Below, one piece after another: positions 31,901-45,188 of a stretch of 64,000 bases of DNA; position 1 is the stretch's first letter, and the number at the start of each line of letters is the position of its first letter. The stretch is from Antedon mediterranea (lineage: Eukaryota; Animalia; Echinodermata), in assembly GCF_964355755.1 (NCBI RefSeq), contig NC_092679.1, positions 18,211,432 to 18,275,431 of the forward strand, given 5' to 3'. The notes beneath the pieces were generated by a model that was given only the letters and a program-made list of their open reading frames with translations, was not told where the DNA came from and searched no databases. The translations under genes and the position numbers were made by a program.

Positions 31901-34900
31901 AAAGAGATTTGGTTTTGTACACAAAACACATCTTGCAATCATCTCGTTGTATATTATGACACTAAATGTACTGAATTTTTAGTACATAGAAACCCTCCTG
32001 TGGGAAACTCCTTAAGGGACACTTTGTCATGAAAGAAACAAGGATAAATGCATGGCTACACTATGGTCAACTCCTATTCAGGGAACACCTCTGAACAAAC
32101 CAAGCCCCTAGCTTCTACTGTATTCATTTCCAAAAAGCAACTATCAACTCACTTGGCCTCTGACTTCTTCAAACTGTAGATTCTCAAAACAAAGTCACCT
32201 TCTTCGTTTGAATTAAATGTTGAAGGTATGATGACATATTCTCCCTTTGGTAGCGTGAAACGTCCACAGATTTCTCTGGTGTTTATGAATGTATTGGAAC
32301 GGGCCTTGGAGGCGTTGTACAAAAAGAACTCCTTTGGCATGATTTCCATGTTTTTGTTCTTCTTGCTTTTTAACTGAAAATTAAAGTTATTGTGAATGTA
32401 ATAAAAATTAAAGTTATTGTGAATGTAATAAAAAAAAAAGAACATCTGAAAGAAATCATACCTATTTTGTGCCCAGCTTACCTGGATAAACCGACAATAG
32501 CCTTTTGCCTCCAAGAGTGAGATATGACTAGTTGAAATTGAAAACCCCTCTCCACAAATGAAAGTATGGTAGTATCTTGAAATGGATGGGACACCAGCGG
32601 AGTTTGGAGGGAAATTTTGTTAAGATGTGTTTTTTTGTTGTTGTTGAGAGGAATGAGATTTGAATTTTGCCATTTCATAAACCTCTGTACAGCAGATTTG
32701 AAACCTTGCATTCGTGTGCAACAATCGGGATACTAAATGGATTGTAATTGTTAGATTAATACCTCATAGATGGCAAAGCCAATTGTCAGGTTGTCAATAC
32801 CCATCCTCTTCTGTTTGCGGCGATGTTTTTGCATGAGACTAACAATAAATGTAGATCCTCCTTCAATCTTGACAGCGTTGTCCTCTTCATCATCGTTATC
32901 CTCATCGTCACTACCATCCTCTTCTTCCAATTTTAGTCGGATTTGTGGGTTGATCCAGAAAGTGTCTTTATTTAAAATTATAATAAATATGTCATTATTG
33001 TATGTTATTTTTCCAAGTAGTAGGTATTACCTACCAAATTAGAGAGATCAAACCTCAGCCTGTTAATCTACTTTCAAGGATACAGTCTATTATGTTTAAA
33101 AGACTGATGGAAGCACAAACGTCTTTCATCAACATATTCCTACAGTATACTGTGCAGAACCTTGTTGAAGTACAGGCGCACATAGATGATGGAATACACT
33201 TAATCCACTACAAGGTAAATTCATGCAATACAATATTGTAAGATGATTTACTAATTTTACAAATTCTTATATTTAGGTCAAACCTGGGAAGTTCCTGCAA
33301 CCGCCTGCAGAACAGTTCTTCTGCCAGCGGCCGTGAGTAGAATTCACATTGTAATTTTTCTTGCTCAACACTTCCCCTGGTGGAAGGTTACAAATGTCCA
33401 ATCGCATGAATTCACGGGTGAAATCACGGAATTCCATCCTGGAGAAAAATTAGGTAAATACTGCATTTCATCTCCTTTATTCATCTTGATACAAGTATTA
33501 ATAAATCAGTGAAAATGTGTTATATTATTGCATTCGTTACTAAGGTTATTAGAGATTAGTTCTTACCAGAATTCTCCATCATCTGAAGTTTCCAGACCAA
33601 GTTGTTTCTTTTCTTGAGCAGAGACAGCTTCCCATTCACGTGATCTGTTTATGATAAAAACAAATTGTCAGAAAATTGGGAACAAATCTAATGTGTTTAA
33701 AATGTGACATACAAGTGGTTAGACTTACTCATCACTCCATGCACCGTTCCATTCTGATTTTCCCCACGGATTACGCACCCTCACAAGACGGACATCTTTC
33801 TGGCGTGAACGAAGATTAACCTGTAAAATAAAAATCAATTAGTAACAAGTACAAGAAAAGTGTATAGCAGAATACTCACTTGAGGGCAGGGTTTATGGAA
33901 TATACCATTATCTGATATGGGATGTTTATCAAATTTTATATATTCGAGTAGCTCTTTTCTTGGAGATAATAGGCTTTATTCAGGTAAATTAGGTACAAAA
34001 TAGACTACCATCATATAAAACTTCATAAAAGATCATACCTTGGTGACACCTGTAATTGTGTAGGCATGTCCACAGATAAGACCATTGTTTTGTTTAGCCT
34101 CCACCTGTCCGGGCACAGCTTCAATGGAACAACCCATCTGAGAGCTTCTCTTGAATGCTGAAATCATGGTCTTAAAGAGTTTCTTAGGAGTCTTTTCACG
34201 AAGGTCGATAGCTTCAGCAACTCCTCCAGTGAAATCAGCCATTGCCTCAACAACGTTGCCTCCTTTTAATGCTTCGTAGGAGCCGTGGAGTCTACAAGAA
34301 ATAAGTAATTCACAAACTATTATGTTACGCTCATAAAATGCACGGTCATTACAGAGCTTCTTTTATTAGTTAAATATTATATTATTATTAATTTTTGTTT
34401 AATTTTGTTTAAACCTTGACCTTCAGAAAACCATTACTGTGTATATTACTTTCCAGTTAAAAAATACTTTAATTTTAAACATACTTAGCATAAGCCTTCT
34501 CCATAAGAGCACTCCAGAACTCAGTCTTCTCCTTGGAATGGACAAACACCAGTTCACCATTGTAAGTTGGAAGGCGATCGTCCACAACCACATCAACCCA
34601 TTCACCATACTGCCAAAACTGAAAGTGGAAGATTCCGGCATAATCTCTCTTGAATGTTTGTTCTGCTGGACAGACTCGGTGAAGGAGGTTCTGTTGGAGT
34701 GAAAGAGATGCAACGGCTGCCAAGAACCAACAGTCACCTAAAAATAATGAATAAATAAACAATAGTTAATAGTCAAAATATCTTTCTTTGTTCTTGGTGC
34801 AATATTAATATTAATCTCTGTGCAGTACATCCTTGTATAGTAATAAGTTTAAATAAGTCATTCCAATTACCTAAATACCTAACATTTTATCTGTGTCAAT

Positions 34901-37900
34901 ATTAGGTATCCACTAATGTGTAATTTGGTTTGTCAGTATTTTGAAACTGTAAAATTTTGAAATAATATGTTTTGATTTATGAACAGCAGGCTGTTGTGTA
35001 CTTACATTTTATAACTGGGTGTTGGAATTTGAATAGCGCCCTAAACAAACCAATGTTGGTGATTCTAAGATCCCTTTCAGAGTATGGATGGTTGAACTTT
35101 GTTTTGTTTCACACATATTTTAATTACTTTAATTTTAATTAATTGTTCTAATAAATAGTTCAGGATTCGTCAGCCTATTTTTGACTTATTAGGCTTGTTC
35201 AAAGAAATAATTCTGAATTCGGCAGCCTATTTTATTTACAACTTATTAGGCTTGTTCAATTCAATAGTACAGCATTCAGCAGCCTCTGGGTTAAAGGAGA
35301 CAGATTTTTGGAATAGCGTGTTAGGTGGTTCAAGGACAATATTATTATTTGTTTGTCTAATATCTTATTATCTTTACTGTATGTAAAGGCTTGTGGCGCA
35401 GTGTATTAGACGTTTGGACTACTGATCATAAGATTATGGGTTCAAATCCAATGCTCGTCCCATTGCTTGTATCCTTTACACTTACGTTTGCCTCTCTATC
35501 CACCCAGGTGTATAAAGAATGGGTACCTGTTATTGATCAAGATACAACTTTGCACTGATTACTAGCTGCATTATGGGAGTATGATTCCATACATGTTTGA
35601 TAAAAAAAAATGGCCGGGATAATATTTGTACAGAGCTTAGAGGTTTGACAACATTACTGTAGGTGCTTTATAAATCCACAGGATATTATTAAAGGCTATT
35701 GAAATACAATGTATTATTATAGCATCGACACTTTTACCTACATTAATACTATTAGCCTGCTCCATTCTTTAGCTTATTGAATCATCTACCGTATACATAT
35801 CATTTTACTACAACTGATAAAAATCATTCATCCATACAATTTCTGTATGGAAATATGCTAAATTGTTATGCTTATATCAAAGCATACCTACTCCTATTTT
35901 TTTCCCATTCATTTCTATTCATAGCCCAAAATACTAAATTCAAATATGATAATTTAAAATACAGTATTATATATTCTTTGCATCAGTGAGCTAAGTTTAT
36001 TGGTCAATTGTTTTGCCCAGGTATGCATGTACTGTATTTATGTAATTATACTGGAGACATTTAGAACACTTGAGTAAACAAATTTGCAATTATAATTCTT
36101 GCAGTAATTATAAGCTTAGAAATCCAGAGAATATAAGGAGGGGAAATGGCACAGTAAGAACCAACATTGAATGAATGATTGCAAGGTATATTATAGCATC
36201 ATTATCTCTAAATTTAAATACTATAGAGCATTCATTAGAAAATAATTGTCATTTAAGTAAATGAGTTATTTCTTTTGTAGTCCTTTCCTAACTCAGCGGA
36301 TATGACTTTGCAGACAGACACACGCTTCAAAATATTTAATTTAATATGGAAATGTCAGGAATTTGAGCAGTTGAACTGTAGACCAGTTAGGAATTCTGTC
36401 TAGTAAGATCACAAGCATGGAAACAACTGACCTAGCAGCACTGGGGATCATTTTACCATCTTGTTTATGTTACATATTTTAGGTAATATTTGGACATCTG
36501 TCTGGCATCATTTCTCATTCTGAGTCATACTTATTTTTTAAAAACACTTTTAAGCAGAGCATGTTCTTTTTTTTTACAATCAAAATAATTTGACTGTAGT
36601 AAAAAGCACCATATCATTATGTTATGTACAATTATTAAGGTCACTAGAGATAGAGTACTCCTTCCTTTAAAAACACAAACAAATGCAAAATGCCCACACA
36701 TTATTTACTTACTTCACTGGAACTTCTTAAGTTCAATCAATCTTTCTTTGAATTAGGACAATATAGCATAGTCCTAAACCATACTATAGTTTCAAAACAC
36801 TATTGTCTACTCCCACTGGTTTACCACAGGCATATAACATTATCAGACAAGCCATTGTCATTGCATGACTATTCTTATTACCCTGTATATACTGTATTTA
36901 TAAGAGATTTACGGAGCAGCCCAAGCGGAAATGTCGGCAGACTTTTCAGCTGAAGGCAGTAATAATATATATATATATACTACTGTATTTGGACTAAACT
37001 AACAATTGCTTTAGATACTGAGTATTTGCGCCACAGGTGAATAAATTGCGCCCCCGGACAACCACCCCCTTAGGATAACTACCCCCCGGTCAACTACCCC
37101 CCCCCCCCCATCCAAAAGTAGACAAATATATAGGACCGGTTTCTGTAAAAATGAAAATGAAATCATCTGTTTTTAACGGGTGTTTCGAAACTAGAGACCC
37201 GAGACCAGAGACCTGACACGAGACCCAATACGAAAAGGGAGACCTATATTTGGGTCTCCCTTTTCGTATATTAGGGTCTCTCTTTTCGTATAGTGTGGTC
37301 TCTCTTTTCGTATAGTGGGGTCTCCCTTTTCTTATAGTGGGTCTCCCTTTTCGTATATTTGGGTCACCCATTTATGAATACACTTTACACTACAGACGAA
37401 GTACACTACAGAGGATTTACAGGGCACAATATATGTGTTTGCCCTTCTTATCTTTAAAAATATTGTTAGATTGGTCTCTGTGTCCCTTTTATATCACACC
37501 TCAGTGTATCATTATCTGATTGGTTAATTTTGTATTGCATGTTGTTCGGTATAACCTTTACTGCACAGTAAAGGTTATATATAATGGTTCTATTTATCAA
37601 ATAGTAGAATTTTGTGAAACATGAGACTACGGACTGTTTGAGACGTTTCTTGTGTGTATAACAGTATAATGTTGTTTATTTGTTATTTTCTGCAGTCAAA
37701 ATCTTAGCCTTTTTAATGCCTGCCTCCTACCTACCATTTTTCAATTCAATTCAATTCAATTTCTTTTTATTTCGGAAATATCATCCATATTAATAAACTT
37801 ATTAACAGAAAAAGACAAATCTAAACTTAAGTATAAAGAATAACTCCCTGATTTGACATAGCTAGAAACCATATACTTTATATTGTCACGCAACTGTGTT

Positions 37901-40900
37901 TTTGCTTTAAATAGGCCAAGAGCATTAGATTTACTGTAGATAACCTGGTATTGTAACAAGCTGAAGTGTATTTGCATTAGTTGCTTTAAAATGCATTGTT
38001 ACAGTATGCAGCATGAGAAGAGAACTTTTCTCTGAAAACAGGACATTGGCAAGACCAATAGTACTGTATCTTGTTTATCTACTGCTGTATTATCGACAAC
38101 CTTACTACTTTATAAGGATATTATACTTGTACTTATTGTTTTATATGGAACAATCATTGTACACCTACAAAACCACAGACACCACAGCAAAGTGTAGGTG
38201 CAAGTTAACAAGCCATTTGTTACCACAAAAGTACTGTATCAACAAATTAAAAAATTTAGAGCCTGTTTCTATCAAAGATTTTCTAACCTGTTGTGGGTTA
38301 TTGTTACAAAAAATATCATTTTATCATGTAATTTTTACAAAGGATGTCGCTATCCACAGACAGTTACTCAAATGTTTGTGCGACCTTCTGAAACCGGTTT
38401 AAAAATCAACCCTTAAACATTAAAATAAAGACACAAAAAATATATTATATTTGATTATTTGTTTTTTTGTGGAAATTCTTAAGGTTACGAATATAGAGTT
38501 TGCTAAAATGAATAGGAGAACAAAAGGTGAGCTCTAATGTGTACTTACCAAGCATACCCTGCTCAATGTCAAAACGGCTCGCTCCTCCTACAAAAAATTC
38601 AGGGTTATCCACAATTTCCTGAAAAAAACAAATCAAGACAAAAATCAACTATTTTTTGTTTCTAAATAAGTATTTTTAAACTAATGATTTTATGCTAATT
38701 AAGTAGACTAACAAAGTATATAGTACAATGTCTATTAAGGGGACCCCCCCCCCCCAATCTGGAGGACCCAACTAGGTACTATGTTCTCTTATCCCCCATG
38801 TTAAAACCTATTGCCTATTGTTCATTCACATTCCCCTTAAAGGTATCTAGTATCAAACAACGGCCTCTACTCTACTGTAATATATAAAATATTTCTGTCA
38901 ACAAAATTTAAAACAAACAATTTTTTTATAAATGTGTAATAATAGTTATTTGCATTATTTATTGCAAATATTATGTTGAATTCTATAATTACTACATATT
39001 TACAAGGTTTTTTCTGTGATGCAAGGATGGAATATTAAAAATAATGCAAACAAGAAAATTACAGTATCAATGGTTCTTACAATTTGCAATTCCTACTTAG
39101 TGTAAAAAAAGAAGCTGTTCACAAAGTTATCATTACGGTACATTGTTAATTTAGCACATATGACTTCATCGGATTTGCCTAGGTGCTACGTTAAAATAAT
39201 ACTGTTTTTATACTAGAACTAAAATATGATTACATATATCAATATGGCCTCTATGTCACACTATGGTGGCCTCTACTTGTCAATGTCCTGTCAGCAATCT
39301 AATCCTAGTGATGTTCAAAGTGTGATGTACCGATGAATTAATTTATAATATGCTGGTCACAATTAGCGCTACAGAGCAGGAAGTCCTTGAAACGCACTGA
39401 TAAACATATAATTCTGCATATACTGTAGCTACATTAAATTTTATATACAAATATCAATTATATATTTCAAATATTTTATTTAGTTGCTTATGTAAAATGA
39501 AGTTTTCACATTTTATAAACATTTAAAACCCATTAAACTGGACAGGTTTAGGCCTAGTGGATCATAAACATCTCGGTGGGAGCTTTTATCTATAGCAATA
39601 TATATCTAGAGTAAACTATACATTTAACTATATTTTATTGCATGTGCAGATTTTACATATTAAACTAATGTAGACATTATATAGGTTGGTGCCGCTTTGT
39701 ATACAGCAATATTACTATATCAATCATATTACTGTATCAATCATATTACTGTATCAATCATATTAATGTATCAATCATATTACTGTACTGTATCAATCAT
39801 ATTACTGTACTGTATCAATCATATTACTGTATCAATCATATTACTGTATCAATCATATTACTGTATCAATCATATTACTGTATCAATCATATTACTGTAT
39901 CAATCATATTACTGTATCAATCATATTACTGTATCAATCATATTACTGTATCAATCATATTACTGTATCAATCATATTACTGTATCAATCATATTACTGT
40001 ATCAATCATATTACTCGTCAATGTTAGTTTTGTCTAAATGTCCATTCCCTGAGCTATACTGTAGCCGCCAGTGATCATTTACATAATTTATAATAATATT
40101 TATTAATTATCTCAAGAATACAAATCATTAATCATTAATTAATAAAATTTTAAGCAATTTACTATATCCATAAGCAAATATATAAATGTATTTTCATCTC
40201 GGTTCAAATGGATAATGAAGTTTTTTATGGTTTTTGTTTACAGTACAGGAAAGTAATCCTTGACGAAAAGGACACCAACCCTGCACAATTATTTGCATAT
40301 TTCTTAGGTGTACACATACTGTATGATGTGTACATTTTAAAGAACAGACATCTTTTGTAATGAGTAGAGGGTTAAACCCTTGAGTATTTTTCTTCAAATT
40401 TGGCCCCTTTTACAGCAGTCAATATGGGCCTGCTGTCCCTGTCCAGATTTAATCCTAGTATAGTTTTGTTTAAGCTGCAAAAGGAATTATCACACCAAGA
40501 AGTTATACAATTTTTGTCGTTAATATATTTGTGATGAATACATAAACATTGGAGCATGTAATTGTCATAGATTTTATGCGCAGTAACCATCCAAACTTTC
40601 TTTTATTTCAGATTATATCAACACACTTTAATTTTAAGTTCCAACCCTAAGAAGCCTCAATTATACCTTCAAAATGTACAGGTTGTACCGCTTGTATATT
40701 GGCCACCCACCCGCTGTAGCCCATCCCAAAGTATTCCCAACTCTTGAAAACTAATCCACACCCTTGCATTTCATAAATTCCTTATACTTTACTATATATG
40801 TATTATCTAGTTTATACTGTTGTACATTGCACTGTAATCCATATTATCTGATGGAAAAATATGGCGCAAACACCCAAAACAGTGGTTGACATAATTTATA

Positions 40901-42282
40901 CACGGTATCAGCCAATCTGGTGCCACGTCCACGATATCATCAGTGTGCAAATATCATAATGAGCAGCGGACAAATATTAACAACACTTTAGCAAAATTAT
41001 AACACGTTTTTTCTATCTTTGTCATTAATTTTGCATAAATTTAATTATGCTAAAAACCAGTGAATGATGTCACAAGGGATGGAGTGAAAGGGATTATGGG
41101 AGATTTAGCACTCTGCTAATTGGTCTGGGATTGATACTGTAATAGCATATATCCGAGAATTATTTGAAATTTTAATAAAAATATTGACTTTATGCATTTC
41201 TTTTAAATACCTCAGGAGAATGTATGAAGTGTTATGAAAAGTTTTGAATTGTGCATCCTTTATAAAAATTCCCATGGTGAAAAGTCTAGGGAAACTATTA
41301 ACAAACTATTGGAGGTTGATATACAGGTTGCAAGTACAATTAATATTAAAAATTAATATGCATACCAAATTAATGAATATGTCTAGTACCTAATTAATGG
41401 ATGCAATAGACAATACTAAATAAATATCAATCATTAATTCAGAATAAGGCAGGGATATACAAAAGCTATTACTGAATCCAATATAGTGAAAATGTTTTTA
41501 ATAAATGCAATGTACTTATGAATATTCAACAGCATAATTATGAATATTCAACAGCATGTTTATTTATTCAACTTGCATGCAGTCAATAACTAATAGATTT
41601 AATATTAAATTTAAGTACTTCAATATTCATTTACTATCAAGGACTATTTTTTATGATTTCAGAAAGTTAAATCATAATGCAAAACAATTCATTCGGCAGA
41701 TGCATCTGTTACCATGCCGATTGATTAGGAATCATTTATTTTTAGCAGCTGGCATGGGTGTTGATTGGTTGTGTAAAGCATTTGACCTTAATAACTAAAT
41801 ATGAGAAAAGATTTGCAGCATAACACAGTCCTGGATAGTATAAATAATGAAAACTTTACACATACTGTACAGTCAGTACTGTCCTGTTGCGAAGTTTCAG
41901 GTATAAAATTTATGTTAATGAGGTTGACCGAGATACATTCATCATTTTAATATGACCCAAAATCACCCAATCAAATGTTTGATGAAAATTATAGATGCGT
42001 GTTATTGGCAAAGATATTAGTTTTTACAATATTTAGTACTAGAGGCCAGAAAAGGAATAACAGTACAATATAGGACAACAAAATGGAATAAGGAAAGTTG
42101 AATTTAAATGGTTTATTCTGACTTACCCCTGGTCGTTGCCAGACAAATGGTCTAGGAGGTTTCTGACTGAAGAACAGATTCTTCTCGATTGCTGGGAATT
42201 CATCATCTTCATACAATGTTCCTTTCTTCAAACATTCATTCTTTAATTTCTGGTAATCCTGGTTTTTGTATGGTTTCGACAT
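24683..42282 (-). CDS. Classical calpain large subunit (CysPc, C2-like/CBSW, penta-EF-hand), about 691 aa without microexons
   Basis: Exons 42127-42282, 38549-38618, 34485-34737, 34039-34291, 33729-33820, 33567-33644, 33284-33438, 32763-32965, 32153-32373, 31828-31870, 28336-28419, 27939-27996, 26249-26310, 25841-25909, 25655-25733, 25442-25558, 25055-25110, 24683-24709 give an open frame of 2076 nt. Catalytic triad motifs [26 protein letters not shown]-hands [37 protein letters not shown]. Confidence 0.95.
25910..26248 (-). other. U12-type (minor spliceosome) GT-AG intron in calpain
   Basis: Donor GTATCCTTTT; branch site CCTTAAT at 25918-25924 just upstream of the AG; no polypyrimidine tract. 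Confidence 0.9.
26768..26955. repeat. Degenerate ~21-bp tandem repeats (ttttrggagaaygaatttctrg)
   Basis: About 7 imperfect units; resembles subterminal repeats of a DNA transposon. Confidence 0.7.
27661..27836. mobile_element. MITE with CA...TG termini (hAT-like)
   Basis: caagcccatagccagg ... cctggctatgggcttg is a perfect 16-bp TIR. No clear TSD. Confidence 0.65.
35387..35690 (+). mobile_element. tRNA-derived SINE with CORE-like body
   Basis: A box TGGCGCAGTG, B box GGTTCAAATCC, then gcctctctatccacccaggtgtataaagaatgggtacc and a gcttatataaat-like / attatt tail. Confidence 0.7.
37227..37368. repeat. ~21-22-bp tandem repeats (ggtctcycttttcgtata) with one inverted copy
   Basis: Five direct units from about 37252, and an inverted unit tacgaaaagggagacc at about 37229. 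Confidence 0.75.
39709..40015. repeat. 17-bp minisatellite (tattactgtatcaatca)n, about 17 copies
   Basis: Directly visible; explains the repetitive ORF 39697..40074. Confidence 0.95.
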
Positions 42283-42378
42283 CTTTCTTCTTTAGTAACC
42301 TCTGAAAATTAGACAAAAATGTCACGCTCTGATATAATTACAATTTATATAGTACTGTCACATATGTTTTACATTAAA

Positions 42379-42453
42379 GCATTAGTGGTCTAATGGTAGG
42401 GTGCCTGCATACCAAGCAGAAGATTCCGGGTTCGAATCTCAGCTGAGGGTGCT
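42379..42453 (+). pseudogene. tRNA-Gly-like pseudogene or SINE head
   Basis: GCATTAGTGGTCTAATGGTAG...CTGC ATACCAA GCAG...CCGGGTTCGAATCTCAG. A and B boxes are intact, but the acceptor stem is disrupted and the anticodon reads ACC. Confidence 0.65.
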
Positions 42454-43416
42454 TATTCTTACCTTATTATAATAAATCAGTTCATAAATTGATTTCCTGT
42501 ATAACAGCCATGTATTTTGTAGTTTTTCTATACTTGTAAATTTGCATTATATGTATTTCTTTTAATTTTTTCATTTCTATATTCTATAATTCATATCAGT
42601 TTATTCATAAATTATTTGTAGGCCTATGTATGTCACAGGAGTGAATACTGTTGGTAAATTATAGATAGATGTTGTGCATTATGTTAATATATTTGAAAAT
42701 CCAGACATAGCCATTTATGCAAGTGCTTGTTTACTGTACAGTATACTGTATGTAAATGATATTTAAACATTTATTACCTTATTGTATACCAGGTTTAATG
42801 TATAGATGATAAAATGGGAAAATATGTACATACTAACATACAGTAACTACTAACACTACATACAATACTAACACTTTACTATCAGTTTCAAATATATTAT
42901 TCTACTATTTCAGTTTTATTGGGCCTACAGTACATGAAACTATTGGCGCGCCATAGATATTGGCGTTCCATACCCGAACGAATTATACACCTCTTTTGGA
43001 GGACCTCACACATCCCTTAGCATTCTCATGTATTTAAATGTACTTTTTCTTTCTACCGACCTAATTTTCGAAACAATTATTTTGCGCTTGTATTATAGAA
43101 ATAGCATAGCAAAAGACATAAGATAATTGAAACCATCATAAACACAAATATTAACATTAATGTAAATAAAAATGTAATCTACAATAACAAATTAATAGAG
43201 TAGGCCTACTCGACTCTAGTGCATATGATAAGTGCTTTCTCAGCACATAGCGAAGTCATGCATGCAAAAACAGGTCAATAAAAATACAGATTGCACCCAA
43301 ATTAACACAAATGAATAAGCATGACAACTAGTGCCCGGATATGATTAATACCATAATGAAATAAATATGATATAAATATGTCTAAAAAAGCTGCATTTAC
43401 CCCGACAAAAACTTAC

Positions 43417-44300
43417 CTTTTACACCGGTACCAAAATCACGATACCACTACAGTATACGCTAAGTGCAGTGTAGTAGTGGGTGGTATATCGGGGAGAAAA
43501 CCGCCGCGGTACGTGCCGACGCCCAGAAAATATCTCATAAATTTGCAATACCGCCATCTATAGTTTACCTAGGAGTATTTTTGTTTTATTGGAGTAAACA
43601 ATTACAATAAACTTCTATATAAAAACAAGTTCACCGTAAAATTATTTTGGTCTAGCAAAGAAAGTGTATGATATTGTTTTCTTTTAAAAGAGTGATTAAA
43701 GAAAATATTCATTAATTAAATAAATAATTCCACGATTATATAATATATACAGTATTTCATTTAATACTTTTACTACTATTTTTTGGTATTCTTACAATGT
43801 ATAACGTTAAACTGCATATAAACAATGATCCGTACAAGTTAATTTAACTTCTATTATTTTTGCGTTCATATTGTTTAATTTAAAATATTGTCCCTACTTT
43901 TGAATTTAATAGACCTACAATTCTGCAGAGAAAAAGCGCGTTAATGATCGATTAACTATCGAAATATCGATTCCTGAAAATCATTTAAACAAATATGTAT
44001 ATATAACATAACAGTTAAAGTGTCTTAATGAAAAAAAATCCCGAGAGAGAAACATAAAGGGTGAAAGAAAGTTAGAAAAGATAGTGAATGGTGTTTAATA
44101 GCCTACTGCGTGACTCATGTCGTGAACCAACTTATAAGGTGTATACCGCCCTCTTTGGCTGTAAGTTTGTACTAATTACATTTACAAAGAAATACTTACG
44201 CGATCCGGTATACAAACTTGTTTTAAAAGAATGTTCTGTCCAGTCCTACCAGCTCAGGAGCAGCCACTAGACTAGTTTACAATCGTTTATAAATTCTAGA
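43417..44300 (-). promoter_or_regulatory. Candidate alternative non-coding first exons/promoters of calpain
   Basis: Two strong minus-strand GTAAGT donors (after 43417 and after 44200) in CpG-richer DNA. The ATG exon has an acceptor at 42302-42303 and an in-frame stop upstream of the ATG. Confidence 0.5.
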
Positions 44301-44793
44301 CACTTCGGCTTTGTTTGTGTTAAAAATTTTACAATATTAAATATGGAGCTAGTTGTTCCGGGGGATGGAGCTAGATAAATTGTACTCTAAATGTGACCTG
44401 GATTGCGCTTTAAACTACTGTGGTCACTGTACTTTTGAAAAATTAAAACAATTAAAAACTTAAGCCGTTTACTGAGGTGTATCCGTAGCCCGGGTGTCGG
44501 GGATTAGACTATAGGTTATACCTGTAACTAATGGATGTTGAACAGCACATAACGCACGTTTTTTGAAAAACTAGACTCCGGTTATTTTTAAAGGCTTTTA
44601 ACAAATCTTTAAAAGAGCATTAGGGACCCTGTCTGTAATAAGGTACATCCGGGGATTAACTGTCATATATCAGGGGACTTAACTCGAAGGGTATTAATAG
44701 GTAGGCCTGGTCAAAGAAGGAAAGTCCTAGTGATTCCCAATGTTGAGTCACAACTTGTACCGAATCGGAATGCCCAATTATTTTTCAAATCTG

Positions 44794-45188
44794 AAGCTTT
44801 GTCTACACTATCAAACTTTATGTGACAAAAAAAATGTGATGTGCCCATATATGGACGTGGCTTGGTGGTTATGATGCTTGGCTACCACTCCAAGGGTCCT
44901 GGGTTCAAGTCCTGTCACATGTCAGGATTTTTTCTAAGGACCAAATTCTCCACTCCCAAAGACTTGTAATAAGACTTTGTTTATGTAGAGCATCTTGTGT
45001 ATATGTTTGTCTTGTGAACCTCTGAGGGTCCCTAATGATCAGCAATAGCTGGGTGAATCATCCTCATTAAATATGATTAAAAAAAAAAAAAAAAAAAAAA
45101 ACCTTATTTGGGCATGATCACTGCCATATTTGGGCACATCACACTTTTTTGTCAAACTAGTTTGATACGGTAGTGTAGACAAAGCTTT
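44794..45188. mobile_element. MITE family A interrupted by a SINE
   Basis: TIRs aagctttgtctacactatcaaact / agtttgatacggtagtgtagacaaagctt flank a tRNA-SINE with a poly(A) tail. Confidence 0.8.
44857..45101 (+). mobile_element. tRNA-derived SINE with poly(A) tail
   Basis: A box TGGCTTGGTGG, B box GGTTCAAGTCC, A-tract of more than 20 nt. The body matches the reverse complement of 57447-57549. Confidence 0.8.

Noticed and set aside
32377-32433. 27-bp tandem duplication next to a calpain acceptor (similar short duplications at about 31178 and 41515)
   Set aside because: Ordinary local slippage duplication with no added AG.
36700-36770. Strong minus-strand GTAAGT donor inside calpain intron 2
   Set aside because: No convincing acceptor or promoter found and the adjacent ATG frame is closed; likely cryptic.
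39697-40074. 125-aa repetitive ORF
   Set aside because: Translation of a 17-bp minisatellite.
42379-42453. Functional tRNA-Gly
   Set aside because: Acceptor stem disrupted, ACC anticodon atypical for eukaryotic Gly tRNA, no clear T-run terminator; treated as a pseudogene.
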